Notes under the pieces: model-generated | The model's input: the letters and a program-made list of their open reading frames with translations, nothing else | Database searches by the model: none | What the model was told of the DNA's origin: nothing | Position numbers and translations under genes: made by a program | Part shown: positions 22,306 to 36,345 of the stretch, piece after piece | Numbering within the stretch: the stretch's first letter is position 1 | Layout of the letters: each line of letters starts with the position of its first letter | NCBI RefSeq assembly: GCF_006345805.1 | Contig: NC_043005.1 | Coordinates: 41,044,001-41,108,000 of the forward strand | Direction: 5' to 3' | Origin: Octopus sinensis | Lineage: Eukaryota | Length of the DNA: 64,000 nucleotides

Positions 22306-24545
22306 GTCTATATAGTCACTCATCTGTTAAAAATAGCAACCAAAGGTAACTTTTTTGCCTTTCCTTCTTTTGTGAGTAGATAAAAAACTGTCTGTTCTGG
22401 GTAATGGATTGGAAGATATTTAAGAACAATAGACTGGGTACCTAGTGGTATTTGTTCTGCTTCTTGTGTTCTAATTTAAAATCCCTCTACATCCTACTTG
22501 GATGGTAGATTTAATCTATCATCCAGTTTAAGACTACCACCTGATTCTATGCATACCTGTAGTGGACTATCCTTTGTTCCAAGCATTTGGGTAAGTTACT
22601 GGTTTGAGGATAGCTTCCTATCTTTTATCCACGTAGTCTCAGAGGTTATGTACAGGGTCATTGGCACTGTCTTTCTCTCCTCACAAAAGGATTTTTTAAA
22701 AAATGTTCCTCAAATTATATACTACTAATCTTTTAAAAACAAAGGATCTGTGGATCTGTTGGATAATGTAGTCTTTAATAAGCTTCACCAGAGAAAAAAG
22801 GAACAGACAAGTTATTTCTTATTTCTTTATTGCCCACAAGGGGCTAAACATAGAGGGGACAAACAAGGACAGATAAAGGGATTAAGTCGATTACATCGAC
22901 CCTAATATGTAACTGGTACTTAATTTATCGACCCCGAAAGGATGAAAGGCAAAGTTGACTTCGGTGGAATTTGAACTCAGAACGTAGCAGCAGATGAAAT
23001 ACCGCTAAGCATTTCGCCCGGCATGCTAACGTTTCTGCCAGCTCACTGCCTTTGTTATTTCTGGTTGGAATACAGACAAGTTATTTCTGGTTGGAATATC
23101 TTCATTCATGAGTCTGCTGTATCAGGGCTGATCTGCTGGTTAAACAACAACAGTAACAACAACCAAACTTGAAGAATGCTTCCTGACATAAATGTGTTAA
23201 GTTCACATGCTGTCATTAGAATTGCATTTTGTTAAATATTATCAGACAGTCTCAATGTAGAGAAAATATTTTATGATGATTGAGTTTTTAACCAAATGCT
23301 GTTTAATGATCCTCAGAGAGCATGCCATACAGCCATATGCCAACCAAATTTATTTTAGCTGCTTCTAATCACAGAAAATATTAATGAAAGTCAAACTTCA
23401 TAGCTACAAGACTGATACTTTATTCCATACTGCAATAGAATTTAAGGCTTCATATGTGTGATCACCATTTCAAAACTTTCTAGAACTATAACTTGGTTTG
23501 GCATGTTCACAAAATGGTTACATTCAAGCATTTTGTTTGTCATTTTTTACTGAAATACAATTGCCTTTGTTACAGTTAATTATGAAATTAATGAAGAATT
23601 TAGTAAAATAACTTAGTCATTAATTATGTAAGGTTTTATTTTTGATCACTTTAGAATAAACTTTCTATCATAGAACCAAGAAATTTCAAATGGGCAGGTA
23701 TCAAAAGTGTTAACCAAACAAATTTAAGATTTCAGGGTATCAGCACACTATAGATTATTTAATATTTTACAATTCTGAGCTCTATACCAAGGTACACCTA
23801 AATATATGTATTTGTTTTTCTAGCTTATTTCTTCATGTTTGTTAAATATGAATTGGTAACAGTTTCCTATTTTACCATATCTGATACAAGAAGCCTGTAT
23901 GTTGAACAGCAACCATAGTAATCTACAATATTGGTTCTAAACATTTTATTGACTAATACATTCAGTCATAATGCTGTTGTATCACAGCAGTTACAGTTAA
24001 CAGCAACAACAACAACAACAACATTGATAACTACAACATTGGTAGCAATAACAAAAGCAACAAAAGATATTGGTATAACAGCCACAAAACAGAGAACAAT
24101 ACTTATATTAAAAAATAAAATGATAAAGTAGAAGTACATATATTGGTTATTTCTAGAGATTCCTTGTTCAGATTTGGAGGTAATAATTAAAATATTACTT
24201 CAAACTGACAAGATTGTTTGGAATGGCAGCAGTAATCTTGTGAAGTAAAACTGTACAACTTTGAGTGACTTTTATAATTTCAATGACATTTTTATTCATT
24301 AGTTATCTGCAGTAAATTGTACAGAGAAACTTGTGGCGTCATGGTTTGGAGATAGAGAAATTTGTGTAAAACAGACACATTCATACACAGATGCATACAT
24401 TTGTATATATGTATAAAATATTTTAAAATGAGGACATTTATATGTCAATGTTATGATTCTGAAATCTTTTAAATGTTTGCTTGAGAACATTTATATTTTC
24501 TGTATATTGTACTGTATGCTGGTGTGCGTGTGTGTGTGTGTGTGT

Positions 24546-24584
<39 letters not shown>

Positions 24585-24818
24585 GTGCGCACATGCACAA
24601 ACACACACATATCTATATATGTTCTTTATACTTTTATTATTTTACTTGTTTCAGTCATTTGACTGTGGCTATGCTGGAGCACTGCCTTGAAGGGTATTAG
24701 TCAAACAAATTGACCCCTGGACCTATTTTTTTAAAGCCCAGTACCTATTCTATCGATCCAAACTGTTAGATTATGGGGACGTAAATACACCAATACCTAT
24801 TGCCAAATGGTGAAGTGG

Positions 24819-24862
<44 letters not shown>

Positions 24863-25029
24863 CACGCAAAGGGATTCTTTCTGTTTCTGTCAACCAAATC
24901 CACTTAAAAGGGTTTGGCCGGCCCAAGACTATAGTAGAAGACACTTACCCAAGGTGCCACACAGTGGGACTGAATCCATAACTATGTGGTTGGAAAGCAG
25001 GCTTCTTACCACACAGCCATACTTGCACC

Positions 25030-25077
<48 letters not shown>

Positions 25078-25638
25078 ATGTGTTTGTGTGTATACACACA
25101 CATACATACACATAGATACAGGCAGACACACACATACACATGTGCATGTATGAGTGTGTATGGGTGAGTCTTTATGTTGAGTTCCTTAATGACTATGAAA
25201 GACTGATAAAATAAGTATCAAGGTGAAATAAGTATAAGGATCAGTTGCTAAAACCTTTGAATGTAGTGCCCCAGTGTGGCCACATTCCAATGACTGAAAG
25301 TAATAAAAGAGTAAAAAAAGAGCAAGAGAATATGTATTTGTATTTATTTTTGCATGTATGTTTCCATGCATATATTTCATACATTTAAGTATAGACCTAT
25401 ATACTGATATATATGCGTGCATACATGTATGTTTATATGCATGTGTGTGTGTGTGCATGTGTGTGTGTGTGTGTGTTTGAATACACATATATTTATGTCA
25501 ATGTGTGTGATGTGTGTATGAGGGTGTGAAAATGATTGTCTCATTTTAATACTGTGTACATCATCTTCTTTGGATTACTGTACCAATGTGATCCAATGAT
25601 TTCATCTCTGAAAGTAACCCCAATCATTGCAATGTAGC

Positions 25639-25644
25639 TTTATT
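25639..25644 (-). promoter_or_regulatory. Candidate polyadenylation signal of the dynein gene
   Basis: Plus-strand tttatt reads AATAAA on the minus strand, about 28 nt after the TAG stop. Use is not verified. Confidence 0.55.
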
Positions 25645-25671
25645 AATCCTCCGCATTCATTTGATATCACT

Positions 25672-25955
25672 CTACTTGATGTCACAGAGCAGAGCCACTC
25701 CTCTGAGAATCCAGTGATCAGGGTCCTTGTTGGTCTTCAGGAGTAAAGGGAAGATGTATGACAGGTCTGTACGACATGGCTTCTTGTACACTGGGCACTC
25801 ATATAATGTCATACCTCTTGGGCGGTCTGAATTGATGGCAAACACATGTACAACTGGCAGGGGTGTGTAAAGAACTTTAGCTGTTGGTTCTGCTAGGCGG
25901 CACTGACGGCGATCCCAGCCAGCTCCATCAAGATATAATCCATGAATGTATACAC
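25672..25955 (-). CDS. DNAH5: Axonemal dynein heavy chain terminal coding exon
   Basis: tttag|GT GTA TAC ... ATC AAG TAG, 284 nt, completes the phase-1 Gly codon: GVYIHGLYLDGAGWDRRQCRLAEPTAKVLYTPLPVVHVFAINSDRPRGMTLYECPVYKKPCRTDLSYIFPLLLKTNKDPDHWILRGVALLCDIK*. Classic dynein C-terminus (GLYL.GA.W, CP.YK, HW.LRGVALLCD). Confidence 0.97.
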
Positions 25956-26342
25956 CTAAATTACAAAGAAAAAAGATAACAGAGAGAGTCACAATATTAC
26001 ATACCTACATACATATATACATACATACCTACTTATTTCTTTACTACCCACAAGGGGCTAAATACAGAGAGGACAAACAAGGACAGACAAACGGATTAAG
26101 TCGATTATATCAACCCCAGTTATATAATTGGTACTTATTTAATCGACCCCGAAAGGATAAAAGGCAAAGACAACCTCGGCAGAATTTGAACTCAGAACAT
26201 AGTGGCAGACGAAATACTGCTAAGCATTTTGCCCGGCATGCTAATGTTTCTGCCACCTCGCTGCCTTATACCTACCTGCCTACCTACCTACCTACCTACC
26301 TACCTACCTATATATCTATCTATCTATCTTTCTATATGCACA

Positions 26343-26480
26343 CACGAGGGGGTGTTGAAAAGTCTTTGGCTTTGGGTAACAGAAAATACAGGAGGGTCAC
26401 TTAATTATGATTTTATTCAAAATATTCCCCTCTCAAATTCACACACTTATTGCAGCAGTCCTTCAGTTTTTCTAAGTCCT
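26343..26480 (-). mobile_element. Mariner-derived fragment (terminal repeat plus transposase C-terminus)
   Basis: Minus strand reads LQDLEKLKDCCNKCVNLRGEYFE*, resembling the mariner C-terminus KL..RW.KC...G.Y.E. Same family as 28336-28556. Confidence 0.7.
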
Positions 26481-26547
26481 GTAAAAGAACAGAGACACAC
26501 ACTCTCTCTCTTTCTCTCTCACTCTCTCTCTATATATATATACATAC

Positions 26548-26593
<46 letters not shown>

Positions 26594-28335
26594 GACGAAA
26601 GAGAGAGTGAGTTGGAGAGGGAGAGAGAGAAAGGAAAGTGTGTTTGAGTGGTAAATTTATTAAGTTGAACTACACGTAAACACATATGCATACTGAAAAG
26701 AGAACTAACAAAAGCAACCAAAGTGGCTATAACCAAAGCGCTTAATAGGGGATCAAGGAATGTGTTACTAATATGTTAGAACCAAGAAATCTTCAAAGAC
26801 TGCAAGACCAAAAGGAGATAGAGAAAGTGAGCTTACAATGAAGAGACACAGCTTCACACAAATACAAAACTTTGCATTCAAGACAGTTTCCATTGAGGAA
26901 CTGTAACAATCTAAATTTAAAAATGATTTTTATTTTTTGTGAAGGGAGTGATTTATCTGTTTAAATGTGAAAATAAATCTCATCTTAGGTACAATAAAAG
27001 TAAGATGTAAAATTTTTAGAAGAAGATATAGTTATAGCATTGATTTCAAATTTTTAAAGAAGGCCAGCAATTATGTGGGAGGAGGTAAGTCAATTACATT
27101 GACCCCAATGTTCAACTGGTACTAATTTTATTGACCCTCAAAGGGATGAAAGGCAAAGTCAACCTTGGTGGAATTTGAACTCGGAATGTGAAGACAGATG
27201 AAATTCAACAAAGTATTTTGCCTGGCTCTGCCAGTTCTCTGCCCAACATATAACTATAATATTACAAAAACTATAAATAATATTTACACACTGTTCAAAA
27301 TAAAATTATAAATTTGATTAATTGAATAATTCACAAGCCTAATATTATGTGCACATAACACCCTTTTTCAAGAAGTTAACATTGTGCTGTTTTAGTTTTG
27401 AATTAGAATAGATCAAATGATCAGTACTACGTATTACCGTTACTTTGCAAAACTTGCAAATATCCTTTTATAGCAATTACGATTACTCAGAACCTCATTT
27501 TTGAGAATTAACATAGAATAACTTATTAAATACTTGCTTGAAAAGGGCCAATCTGTTAATGAAGTATGTCTAAACTTCATTTTGATGTTTGACTAAGTAT
27601 AAGCACAAATGTTATGAAATGTATGAATTTTCAACTGAAAAACAGAGGTTATCATTGGTCTTTGTCTTTCAGAGGCAAAGGAAAGAACTAAATGTATACA
27701 TGACTGTTCTACTAGAGGCAGTAAAGTAAGAACTTTCTCAACATTACAAAAAAAAAACTGCATTCATAAAAATCTTGCTATAACTTGCAATTCAAGGTCT
27801 ATTTTTTCACATATCTCCATACTGCATAACATGGAAGTCAATGGAAAAATAGGTTTTCAATTAGAAAATTCCACATTAGACTTTTTCTCTGTAACAGTAG
27901 GGATGCCTGAAGTTGTAAAAGAAAACCACAGATTATGGACTGATTTCAAAGTGGAGCACTGTATTTGAACAGTCCTATTCATAATTTATACCAGTGATAT
28001 TGGTTGCTTATGGTAATAGGCCTCGAAACAGGTTTTTATTTCTCAATATATTCACCGCTATCTATTTAATGAACCATAAATAGTAAAATGTGAAGCCAGT
28101 TTAATGAGGATATGAAAGTTCTAGTTGTGATATATACCTACCATGTAGTCAGCCTATACTGTACATGAAACTCTGCATAAATTATGTAAATTCAAATGAC
28201 CATCAAATTTTTTTTCAAAGAAACTAAAAGCAACTGTTTCTATTTTCATCAAAAAAGTCAGAGAAGACAAATTCCTTTTTTGATATTTTAATCCTCACCC
28301 ATATAAAGCATTATTTGGTTTTAACAATTAGGATA

Positions 28336-28556
28336 TACAAGGGGGTACTGCAAAGTTCCTGGCTTGGGGTAGAAGAAAATACAGGAGGATCAGTTAATTA
28401 TGATTTTATTCAACATATTCTCCTCTCAGATTCACACACTTATTGAAGTGATCCTTCAGTTTTACTAAGCTCTGTAAAAGAGATTGGAAGGTTGGGCCTC
28501 TAACCAGGCCTTTTGTAATACCCTTAAAGCCAGAAACTTTTCAACACCTCCTTGTA
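28336..28556. mobile_element. Mariner-derived MITE, 221 bp
   Basis: TIRs tacaagggggtactgcaaagttcctggctt / aagccagaaacttttcaacacctccttgta with TA at both ends. Confidence 0.8.
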
Positions 28557-29280
28557 AATGGGACTGGAGGAATGAAGAGAAAGCTATGTTGACCAGCTTT
28601 GTGCAGACACAAGATGTTGCTCTGCTGACCAACTAAGCACTGTGTGGGGTCACAATGAGTAGCATGATCAAATTAACACTTTAGCATTCAGATTTCTTTG
28701 TCAAATGAAATGCTTATTTATTCACATTGTTTTGAATTAATCATGCATTATCTTGTAATGCCAAGATTTCAATGGTATGTTTGTATATTTTTAGAAAGAC
28801 ATTGTTGAGTAGGTGTGAGAGATTGGATCTGGTCAATTTTAACATAAAACAGGTTGAATATTTGAGCCAGATATGGCTGGATTTAATGCTTAGGAGATAA
28901 GCAAATCTGAGCCAGCTCAACCAGATAATAAAGGATCCCGAGCTGGAACATTTTATATGATTATACAAATGAGATTTCAATTCAGATCTGCTGGTCTGTA
29001 AATTATACATTTAGTAGCATGTTAGAACTAAAGTTGAACAGATTAATAGTATTAATGATAAGCTCCCATCATTTTATAGGGTATCAGTGATAATCTGCTG
29101 ATTAAAGCTACTTGATGACATTAAATGAGAAGATTACAGAATGTTGATACAGGTGACAATAATTACCCTAATTTATTCTGTGTAAAAGGCGGAAAGCCAT
29201 TTATTAGAATTGAAAATGAAGGTATCCTGGGTGAATTTAAAGAAATTTTGATGTAAAATAATAATAATAATAATAATAGA

Positions 29281-29700
29281 AGCCAGCCAGACTTAGTGGT
29301 AGTGGATAGGGTGAACTACATGTGTTCTATAATTGATGTTGCATGCCTCCTTAGATCAATGAATAGTTAGGAAGGAAGGTGAAAAAATAAACATATACAA
29401 TCCTCTTAAGTACGAAATAGCCTGACTATGGAAAATGAAGAAGGTGAAGATAGTGACAAAATACTGTTGGGTCCTTAGGGATAGTATCAGAAGACATCAA
29501 AAGAAATATAAAGGAAATCAGAATAAAGTGCCCAGTAGAGCTGTTACAGAAGTTTTGCTTCCTTGGCTTGTCCAAAATAATCAGGAAAGTATTAGATAGT
29601 TGAAAAGAACAGATAGCATGGTACTGTAGGCTGCATGCAACAAGCCTGCTATGCAAGCAAGACTCCAGAAGTCCCAACAAAAGCTGAATTAAAAATAATA
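29281..29700 (+). mobile_element. R4/Dong-like RLE non-LTR retrotransposon 3' fragment
   Basis: (S)QPDLVVVDRVNYMCSIIDVAC...EGEKINIYNPLKYEIA.LWKMKKV...ELLQKFCFLGLSKIIRKVL matches the PD-(D/E)xK restriction-like endonuclease C-terminus. It starts right after (AAT)n and ends in aataataat. Confidence 0.75.
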
Positions 29701-31284
29701 ATCTTTTCTACTATAAGCACAATGCCTGAAATTTTGGATGAGGGGGTTAGTTGATTACATTGCTCCCAGTGCTTGACTGGTATTTATTCTATCAGCTGTA
29801 AAAGGAGAAAGACAAAGTCGACCTTGGCAGAACTTGAACTTAGAAGAGGTGGATGAAATGCTGCTATGCATTTTGTCCGGTGAGCTTATGATTCTGCCAG
29901 CTCACCACCTTAAAAATCAAAAGAACTAATGAACTTAATGTGAACAATATTCAGGTGTCTTTACTGAAAGAGCCTATTAATAGAATATTTTTTTTAAGGG
30001 ATTAGTCAAAGAAGGAGGGTGAACAGATAATGTGACTCTTATCAAGGCTCAGAGACTGTTGAAGGAAATGTGGAAGTTGTCCTTTAACAAGCAACATGGA
30101 CTGAAGGTTTGCAACAAAGTGGACTCTGCTAAATGCATCCAAAAGCCATCTGGTGCTATTAACGTGTAGTCGTCATCATCATCGTTGTTATTATCATCGT
30201 CATCAGTAGCAGCAGCAACAGCACCACCACACTTCCGCTGTGGAGGATACAGCAAAGTGCCAGGTATCTCGGTCATCTCATCTGAAAAGTTCAGAGTGCT
30301 GAGGCTATCCTTCAGTACTTAGACAACAAATTATGCCTTCTATTCAAGAACATGAACTGCTTCCACAGATCTAGTCAAATTTTATCACAAAGCTTTAGTC
30401 TGTCTGAGGATATAGAGAAAACACTCACCCAAAGTGCCATATAGGAGTACCGAACCCAAAATGACGGAGTTGGAAAGTAAATTTCTTAATCACATGGCAA
30501 TGTCTGCAGCTATTAGTATCAGAGATATAAATAACTTCAAGAATATAAATAACTTCACCAGAAAGCTTTATACGAGTCAGAAACCATTAACTGGAGATGC
30601 CAAACAATAGATTCAAATTAAAAAGGAAGGAAGGACTGAAAGTAAGCATGCAAAATAAAAAGAAAGAGAGAACTGGATGGATGGATGGAAGGGTGGATGA
30701 AAGGGTGAATAGACAGAGAAGTAGGCAGACAATCTGCAAGACAGATAGTTAGATAGATAAATAAGTAAATGAAAAGATAGATGGAAAGGTAGACCAAGAG
30801 ATAGACAAGTAGATAGATAGATAGAAAGACAGACAGACAGATAAATAAATAGATAGGAAGAAAAATGAAGAGAAAGAGGGTAGAAGAAAAAAATAGACTG
30901 TAAATCAAAACAACAGCGAACAAAAGGGAGAAAGAGAGATTGTAGGAAGTAGAGATAAAACTACAAGTGAATGTTTAAATAAACACATCAACAAAAACAT
31001 TAGATAAAAACTAATAAAAAGAGGTAAAAAAATTCCTCATTCTCAACAACAGCTACAATGTGGAGTGAGCTTCCACAAGATTGCACCACATGGTAGAAAT
31101 TGCTGCTGATCTCCCTCAAATCATAACTTCGTATCATAAGAAATGAAGGATACATTGAATAATATAGTCTTAGATAAATTTTGTCTTCAAAAAAAAAAAA
31201 AAAATCATCATCTTTTTGTCTGATCGGGGAGAACATGGAAATAAACTGGAACAATGACAACAAAAATAAAGACAAGAACGTTAC

Positions 31285-31411
31285 CTTCTTGAGGGAAAGT
31301 ATTTATATCTTCTTTCATGGATTTGGTCACTTCATTATTGAGAACCACAGCATCAAGGGCCCAACCTTTGTGAGCTCTAGTAATTTCCTGCCTCATCGCT
31401 GTTAAGAAACC
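31285..31411 (-). CDS. DNAH5: Axonemal dynein heavy chain exon
   Basis: ttttcatgaaag|GGT TTC TTA ... CAA GAA G|gtaacg, 127 nt, phase 0/1: [42 protein letters not shown]. Continues the NPQ|GFLTAMRQE motif. The acceptor is the less common AAG. Confidence 0.94.
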
Positions 31412-31643
31412 CTTTCATGAAAAATAAAATATAGATACATGTTAACAGAAAAATAACTATTTCGTAAAGAGAGTTAAACATAGGTGCAGGAGTTGCTGTG
31501 TGGTAAGTAGCTTGCTTCCCAACCACACGGTTCCAAGTTCAGTCCCACTGCATGGCACCTTGGACAAATGTCTTCTACTATAACCTCGGGTCGACCAAAG
31601 CCTTGTGAGTGGATTTGGTAGACGGAAACTGAAAGAAGCCCGT

Positions 31644-31691
<48 letters not shown>

Positions 31692-32135
31692 AGTGTGTAC
31701 ATGTTTGTGTGTCTGTGTTTGTACCCCCAACATCGCTTGATAACCGATGCTGGTGTGTTTACGTCCCTGTAACTTAGCGGCTTGGCAAAAGAGACCGATA
31801 GAATAAATATTAGGCTTAAAAAAATAAGTCCTAGGGTTAATTTGCTCAACTAAAGGTGGTGCTCCAGCATGGCCACTGTCAAATGACTGAGACAAGTAAA
31901 AGAACATATTGGTTTCAAATTTTGGCACAAGGCCAGCAATTTTAGGGGAAGGGATAAGTAGTCGATTACATTGATCTCAGTTCTCAACTGGTACTCATTT
32001 TATTGACCCTGAAAGGATGAAAGGCAAAGTTAACTGTAACAGAATTTGAACACAGAGAGTAAAGATGAATGAAATGTTACTAAGCATTTTGACCTGCAAG
32101 CTAACAATTCTGCCAGCTCACTTTGAGTTAAACAT

Positions 32136-32400
32136 ATAATAAAAAACAAATGTGCCCTTTTAAAGCCTAGCCAGGCTCATGGGCCCAGTTTCCCTGTTTC
32201 AATGGCGTATGTGTTCTCCAGCTGGATGGGATGCCAGTCCATTGCAGCGTTACTCATTTTTGCCTGCTGAGTGGACTGGAGCAACATGAAATGAAGTGTT
32301 TTGGTCATGAACACAACGCGTCGCCCAGTCCAGGAATCGAAACCACAATCTTACGATCATGGTGCTGACACCCCTAACCACTAAGACATGCACCTCCACT
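32136..32400 (-). mobile_element. tRNA-derived SINE (third family) with 9-bp TSD agttaaaca
   Basis: Minus-strand head gtggaggtgcatgtcttagtggttagggg...ggtttcgattcctgg carries A/B-box-like motifs. agttaaaca occurs on both flanks. Confidence 0.75.
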
Positions 32401-32755
32401 AGTTAAACAAATATTAAATGTATATTAAATGCACATCAAAGTTTAATTTGTAAAGGTGGGTTGATGCAGCATTTTAAACCCTTTCAATATAAAGGAAAAT
32501 AAAGGAAAAGTAAAACAGATATATGTTAAGAGAACAATAACTATTTTATAAAGTGAGTAAAACAGGAGTGTGGCTGTGTGGAGGTGCAGGCATGGCTGTG
32601 TGGTAAGAAGTTGGTTCCCAACCACATGATTCTGGGTTCAGTCCGAGTGTGTGACACCTTGGAGAAAGTATCTTCTGCTATAGCTTTAGGCCGACCAAAG
32701 TCTTGTGAGTGGATTTGGTAGATGGAAACTGAAAGAAGCTCGTCATATATATATG

Positions 32756-32787
<32 letters not shown>

Positions 32788-32967
32788 TAAATATTATTTT
32801 TTAGGGAATATAAATTCTGGCATAACAGAGGTACAAATTATTCTCGATGAAGAAATATATTTTAATTTAGAGATAGTAGACCCCTACATCTCACCAAATA
32901 AAAAGAATTTTTATTTTTATTTTAAATACCTACTGTTTAATTACTTGGCAACATATATATATATCTT

Positions 32968-33038
<71 letters not shown>

Positions 33039-33527
33039 TTATGTATATGTCTATGTATGCATGTCTGTGTTTGTCCTACACCTCCACTGCTTAACAACTA
33101 GTGTTGGTTTGTTTATGTCCCCATAATTTAGCGGCTCAGTAAAAGAGATCGATAGAACAAGTACCAGACTTAAAAAAAAAAAGTACTGGGGTCGATACAT
33201 TCGACTATAAATTCTTCAAGGTGATGCCCCAGCATGTCTGCAGCCTCACAGCTGAAACAAGTAAAAGACAAAAGATATATTGGTTTCAGATTTTGGCACA
33301 AGGCCAGCAATTTCAGGGCAAAGGGATAAATAGTCAATAACATTGATCCCAGTGCTCAACTGGTACCTGTTTTATTGACTGACCCTGAAAGGATGAAAGG
33401 CAAAGTTTACCTCAGTGGAATTTAAACTCAGAATGTAAAGATGAATGAAATGCCACTAAGCATTTTGACTGGCATGCTAACGATTCCGCCAATTTGCTAC
33501 CTTTGGGAATTAAACATATATTAAACA

Positions 33528-33765
33528 TACAGGATGGCCAAAAAGTAGGTTTACAGTTATTCAACTATCTCTTTCGCATTCATATATTAACAGTTTAGAT
33601 CTTAATTATATTAAAATATGAAACCATTATTCTATGCTAATTTAGTTAATTTTGTAAAGATTTCTTTTCAGTTTGCAAGATAGAAATTTAGATGTAATAA
33701 AATGTTTAAAAAAAATTTAAAGTGCCTACGTCATAACTGTAAACCTGCTTTTGGGCCACACTGTA
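33528..33765. mobile_element. Tc1/mariner-type MITE, 238 bp
   Basis: TIRs tacaggatggccaaaaagtaggtttacagtt / aactgtaaacctgcttttgggccacactgta with TA ends. A paralogous empty site lies at ~32403-32445. Confidence 0.85.
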
Positions 33766-35359
33766 TATTGAATGTATACCAAAGTTTAATTTGTAAAAAT
33801 GGGTTGATGCAATATTTTTGAGTGATGCAGTATACTTTAATGAAGCAATTAACTACCAGCTTTGTGCTTCTATCAACATGATGCTGCTTCTATCAGCACA
33901 ATATTTCAATAACAATAGAAGAGTTAAGGCTAATAGTTCAGTCAATTTTAATTAGTTTGTTAATTAGTAGTTTTAACAAATTTGTATATAATTTTTGGTG
34001 TGATTACAGTGAATGTGTGTGATTGTAAAGTGTGATTACGTGGATGTGTATGTATGCATACTTATAGTTACCTATGTGTGTTGGCATGTGTTGATCTGTG
34101 CATTTCTATATGTGTCTGCTTTTGTACATACACAAGTCGTCATCATTGTCATCATCATCATCATTGTCATTATCATGGTCGTCATCATCATCGTCGTCAT
34201 CGTCGTCGTGGTCGTCATCATCATCATCATTTAATGTCTGCTTTCCATGCTGGCATGGGTTGGACAGTTAGAAGCTGGCTAGGCAGAAGACTGCATCATG
34301 CTTTGCTGTCTGTTTTTGGCATAGCTCTTATGGCTTGAGGCCCTTCCTAACACCAACCACACCGCAGAGTGAACTTTTAATACATGGGCAGATATTTGTT
34401 TCTCTGCTTGCATGTGTGTTTGTATATCCTTGTTGTCATTATCGTCATCGTTGTTGTTGTCATTACATCATTTAACATCCATGGTCCATGCTGGTGTTGG
34501 CTGCACAGTTTGACAGGGTCTAAAGATTCCAAAGACTGCATTGTGTTGCCCTGTCTACTTTGGCATGTTTTCTATAGCTGGATGCCCTTCTTTATGCCAA
34601 CCAATTTACAGCATGTACTTGGTACTTTTTTGTGGTACCAGCACAAACGAGGTTGCTATGTAGCTAGCAAGACTATGAGCCCTAAGAGAGGCAGCTTTAT
34701 GCAAGGAGATGAAGGGATAAAGTTTGAGAAAATGGACCAGAGCAGAATGAGTTTCTTGCAGCAGAGGAGTTACATGGTTACACACATTTTAGAAGAGAGA
34801 GTAGAATGGGGAATGTAATTGGGATGGAGCAGGGAAGAGCTAAAAATTGTGGAGATGAGGTGTTTGAGTGTAATTTCTTTAGGCATTTGGTAAATGGAAG
34901 TGAGAAAGAACAAATGAACGGGAAGTGTGAGTGGGTAGAGATACAAAAGTGAAAAAAATAGTGAATGACAGTGAATGAAAGATAGAGAATGGGTGAAGGG
35001 GTAAATATCATGAATGAAGAACAAGTGTTGAGAAGTGGATGTAGTAGTCGGGTGGGGTGAAGAGAAGCAGAATAGTAATAGTAATGAGAGAGAGAGAGAA
35101 ATGATGATGTATGGTTGGGTAGTGTGTGTTGAGGGATGGACAGGCATATTGTGTAGAAGAGTGAGAGACATTTGGTGGTAGAAAAGGAGAGATAATTTGC
35201 TAACACAGGGAAGTGATTAATGTAAAATGCGAGTAGAGAGGACAGTATAAGGATGAAGGATGGATATCAGGTGAAATAAAACAAAATAAAAAAACAAACA
35301 AAAAACTGTAAACTTATTTATGTATTAACAAATAATGAAATTTGTACATTTTGACTCAC

Positions 35360-35488
35360 CTGTGGATTAAAGAATCCTGTCATCCAGTAACAACAAGGCT
35401 TTCTTTCAAAGAGCCATGAAGAGAATTGACTATTCCTTTCCAAAAGATCAGTAAACCAGAATCCTAGTGTTGATGATTCCCAGGAAAT
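35360..35488 (-). CDS. DNAH5: Axonemal dynein heavy chain exon (absent from ORF track)
   Basis: ggtag|ATT TCC TGG ... AAT CCA CAG|gtgagt, 129 nt, phase 0/0: [43 protein letters not shown]. Contains the conserved STLGFWF and W.TGFFNPQ motifs. Confidence 0.96.
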
Positions 35489-35982
35489 CTACCATGAAAA
35501 CATTAAGATTATTTAGAATTGTTGATTGATTCTATCTTGTTTCATTTATCATTCTGTCTGATTTACAAGAAACATTCTGGCAATCACTGGCATGTGAACA
35601 CTAACTGATGCATATCTGTTTTCATATCATTTTATGACAAGCAGAAGAGTACTCAAGACCTATTAATACAAACTGCATGCTGACTCAGTATCTCACCCAT
35701 AAATCTTTTGATTTTTGAGTGCAATCAACTTCACCTGCTCAATTTCACTGACAAAACTGGGGACATCCCAAGATTTATGATAGAAGACTATGCAGCAAAA
35801 GTGAAGTTAGCACATCATGGCTTGAAGCAAACTTGTTAACAAAAATATGAAATTTTCAAATATTTAAAAGTAAAATGAGAATAATGCATATATAGGCTTA
35901 TATGAAATTTGCTGCTCAATTTGTGCAAAATAAAATCAGATACACTCTGTAAGCCAGTATTACCATGAAACACACCATGGTG

Positions 35983-36015
<33 letters not shown>

Positions 36016-36016
36016 G

Positions 36017-36345
36017 CATAAAATCCATTCTGTCTGTCTGTTTGTGTGTCTTCTAGGATCTTGGGCATCCTCCATCCAATTGCACTCAAATTTGATAGGT
36101 AGATACCAACGGTATCAGGGCATGTATAAGTCTTGAAGAAATTACAAAAATCGATTCCAGGTGAGAATGCGATATGTAAAGCTATGGGAACGTGCATTTG
36201 TATGCGCAAGTATATCAGCTGTTGTGATTGATACTATGCATACGAGAGAAAAATGCACGTGCAGTTTGTGCAAAAAAAGCCAGCTGGCTTGAAATAATAC
36301 CACAAAATGCAGTATATTTAAGAGACCCCAAAAAGTTAAATGTTT
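36017..36345. mobile_element. Possible Helentron/DINE-like non-autonomous element
   Basis: (TA)n followed by ctgtctgtctgtttgtgtg and catccaattgcactcaaatttg resembles HINE/DINE 5' regions. Terminal hairpin not confirmed. Confidence 0.3.

Noticed and set aside
32840-32885. ctcgatgaagaaat...atttagagatag, a possible decayed hammerhead
   Set aside because: Both core segments are broken. At most a relic, and not supportable.
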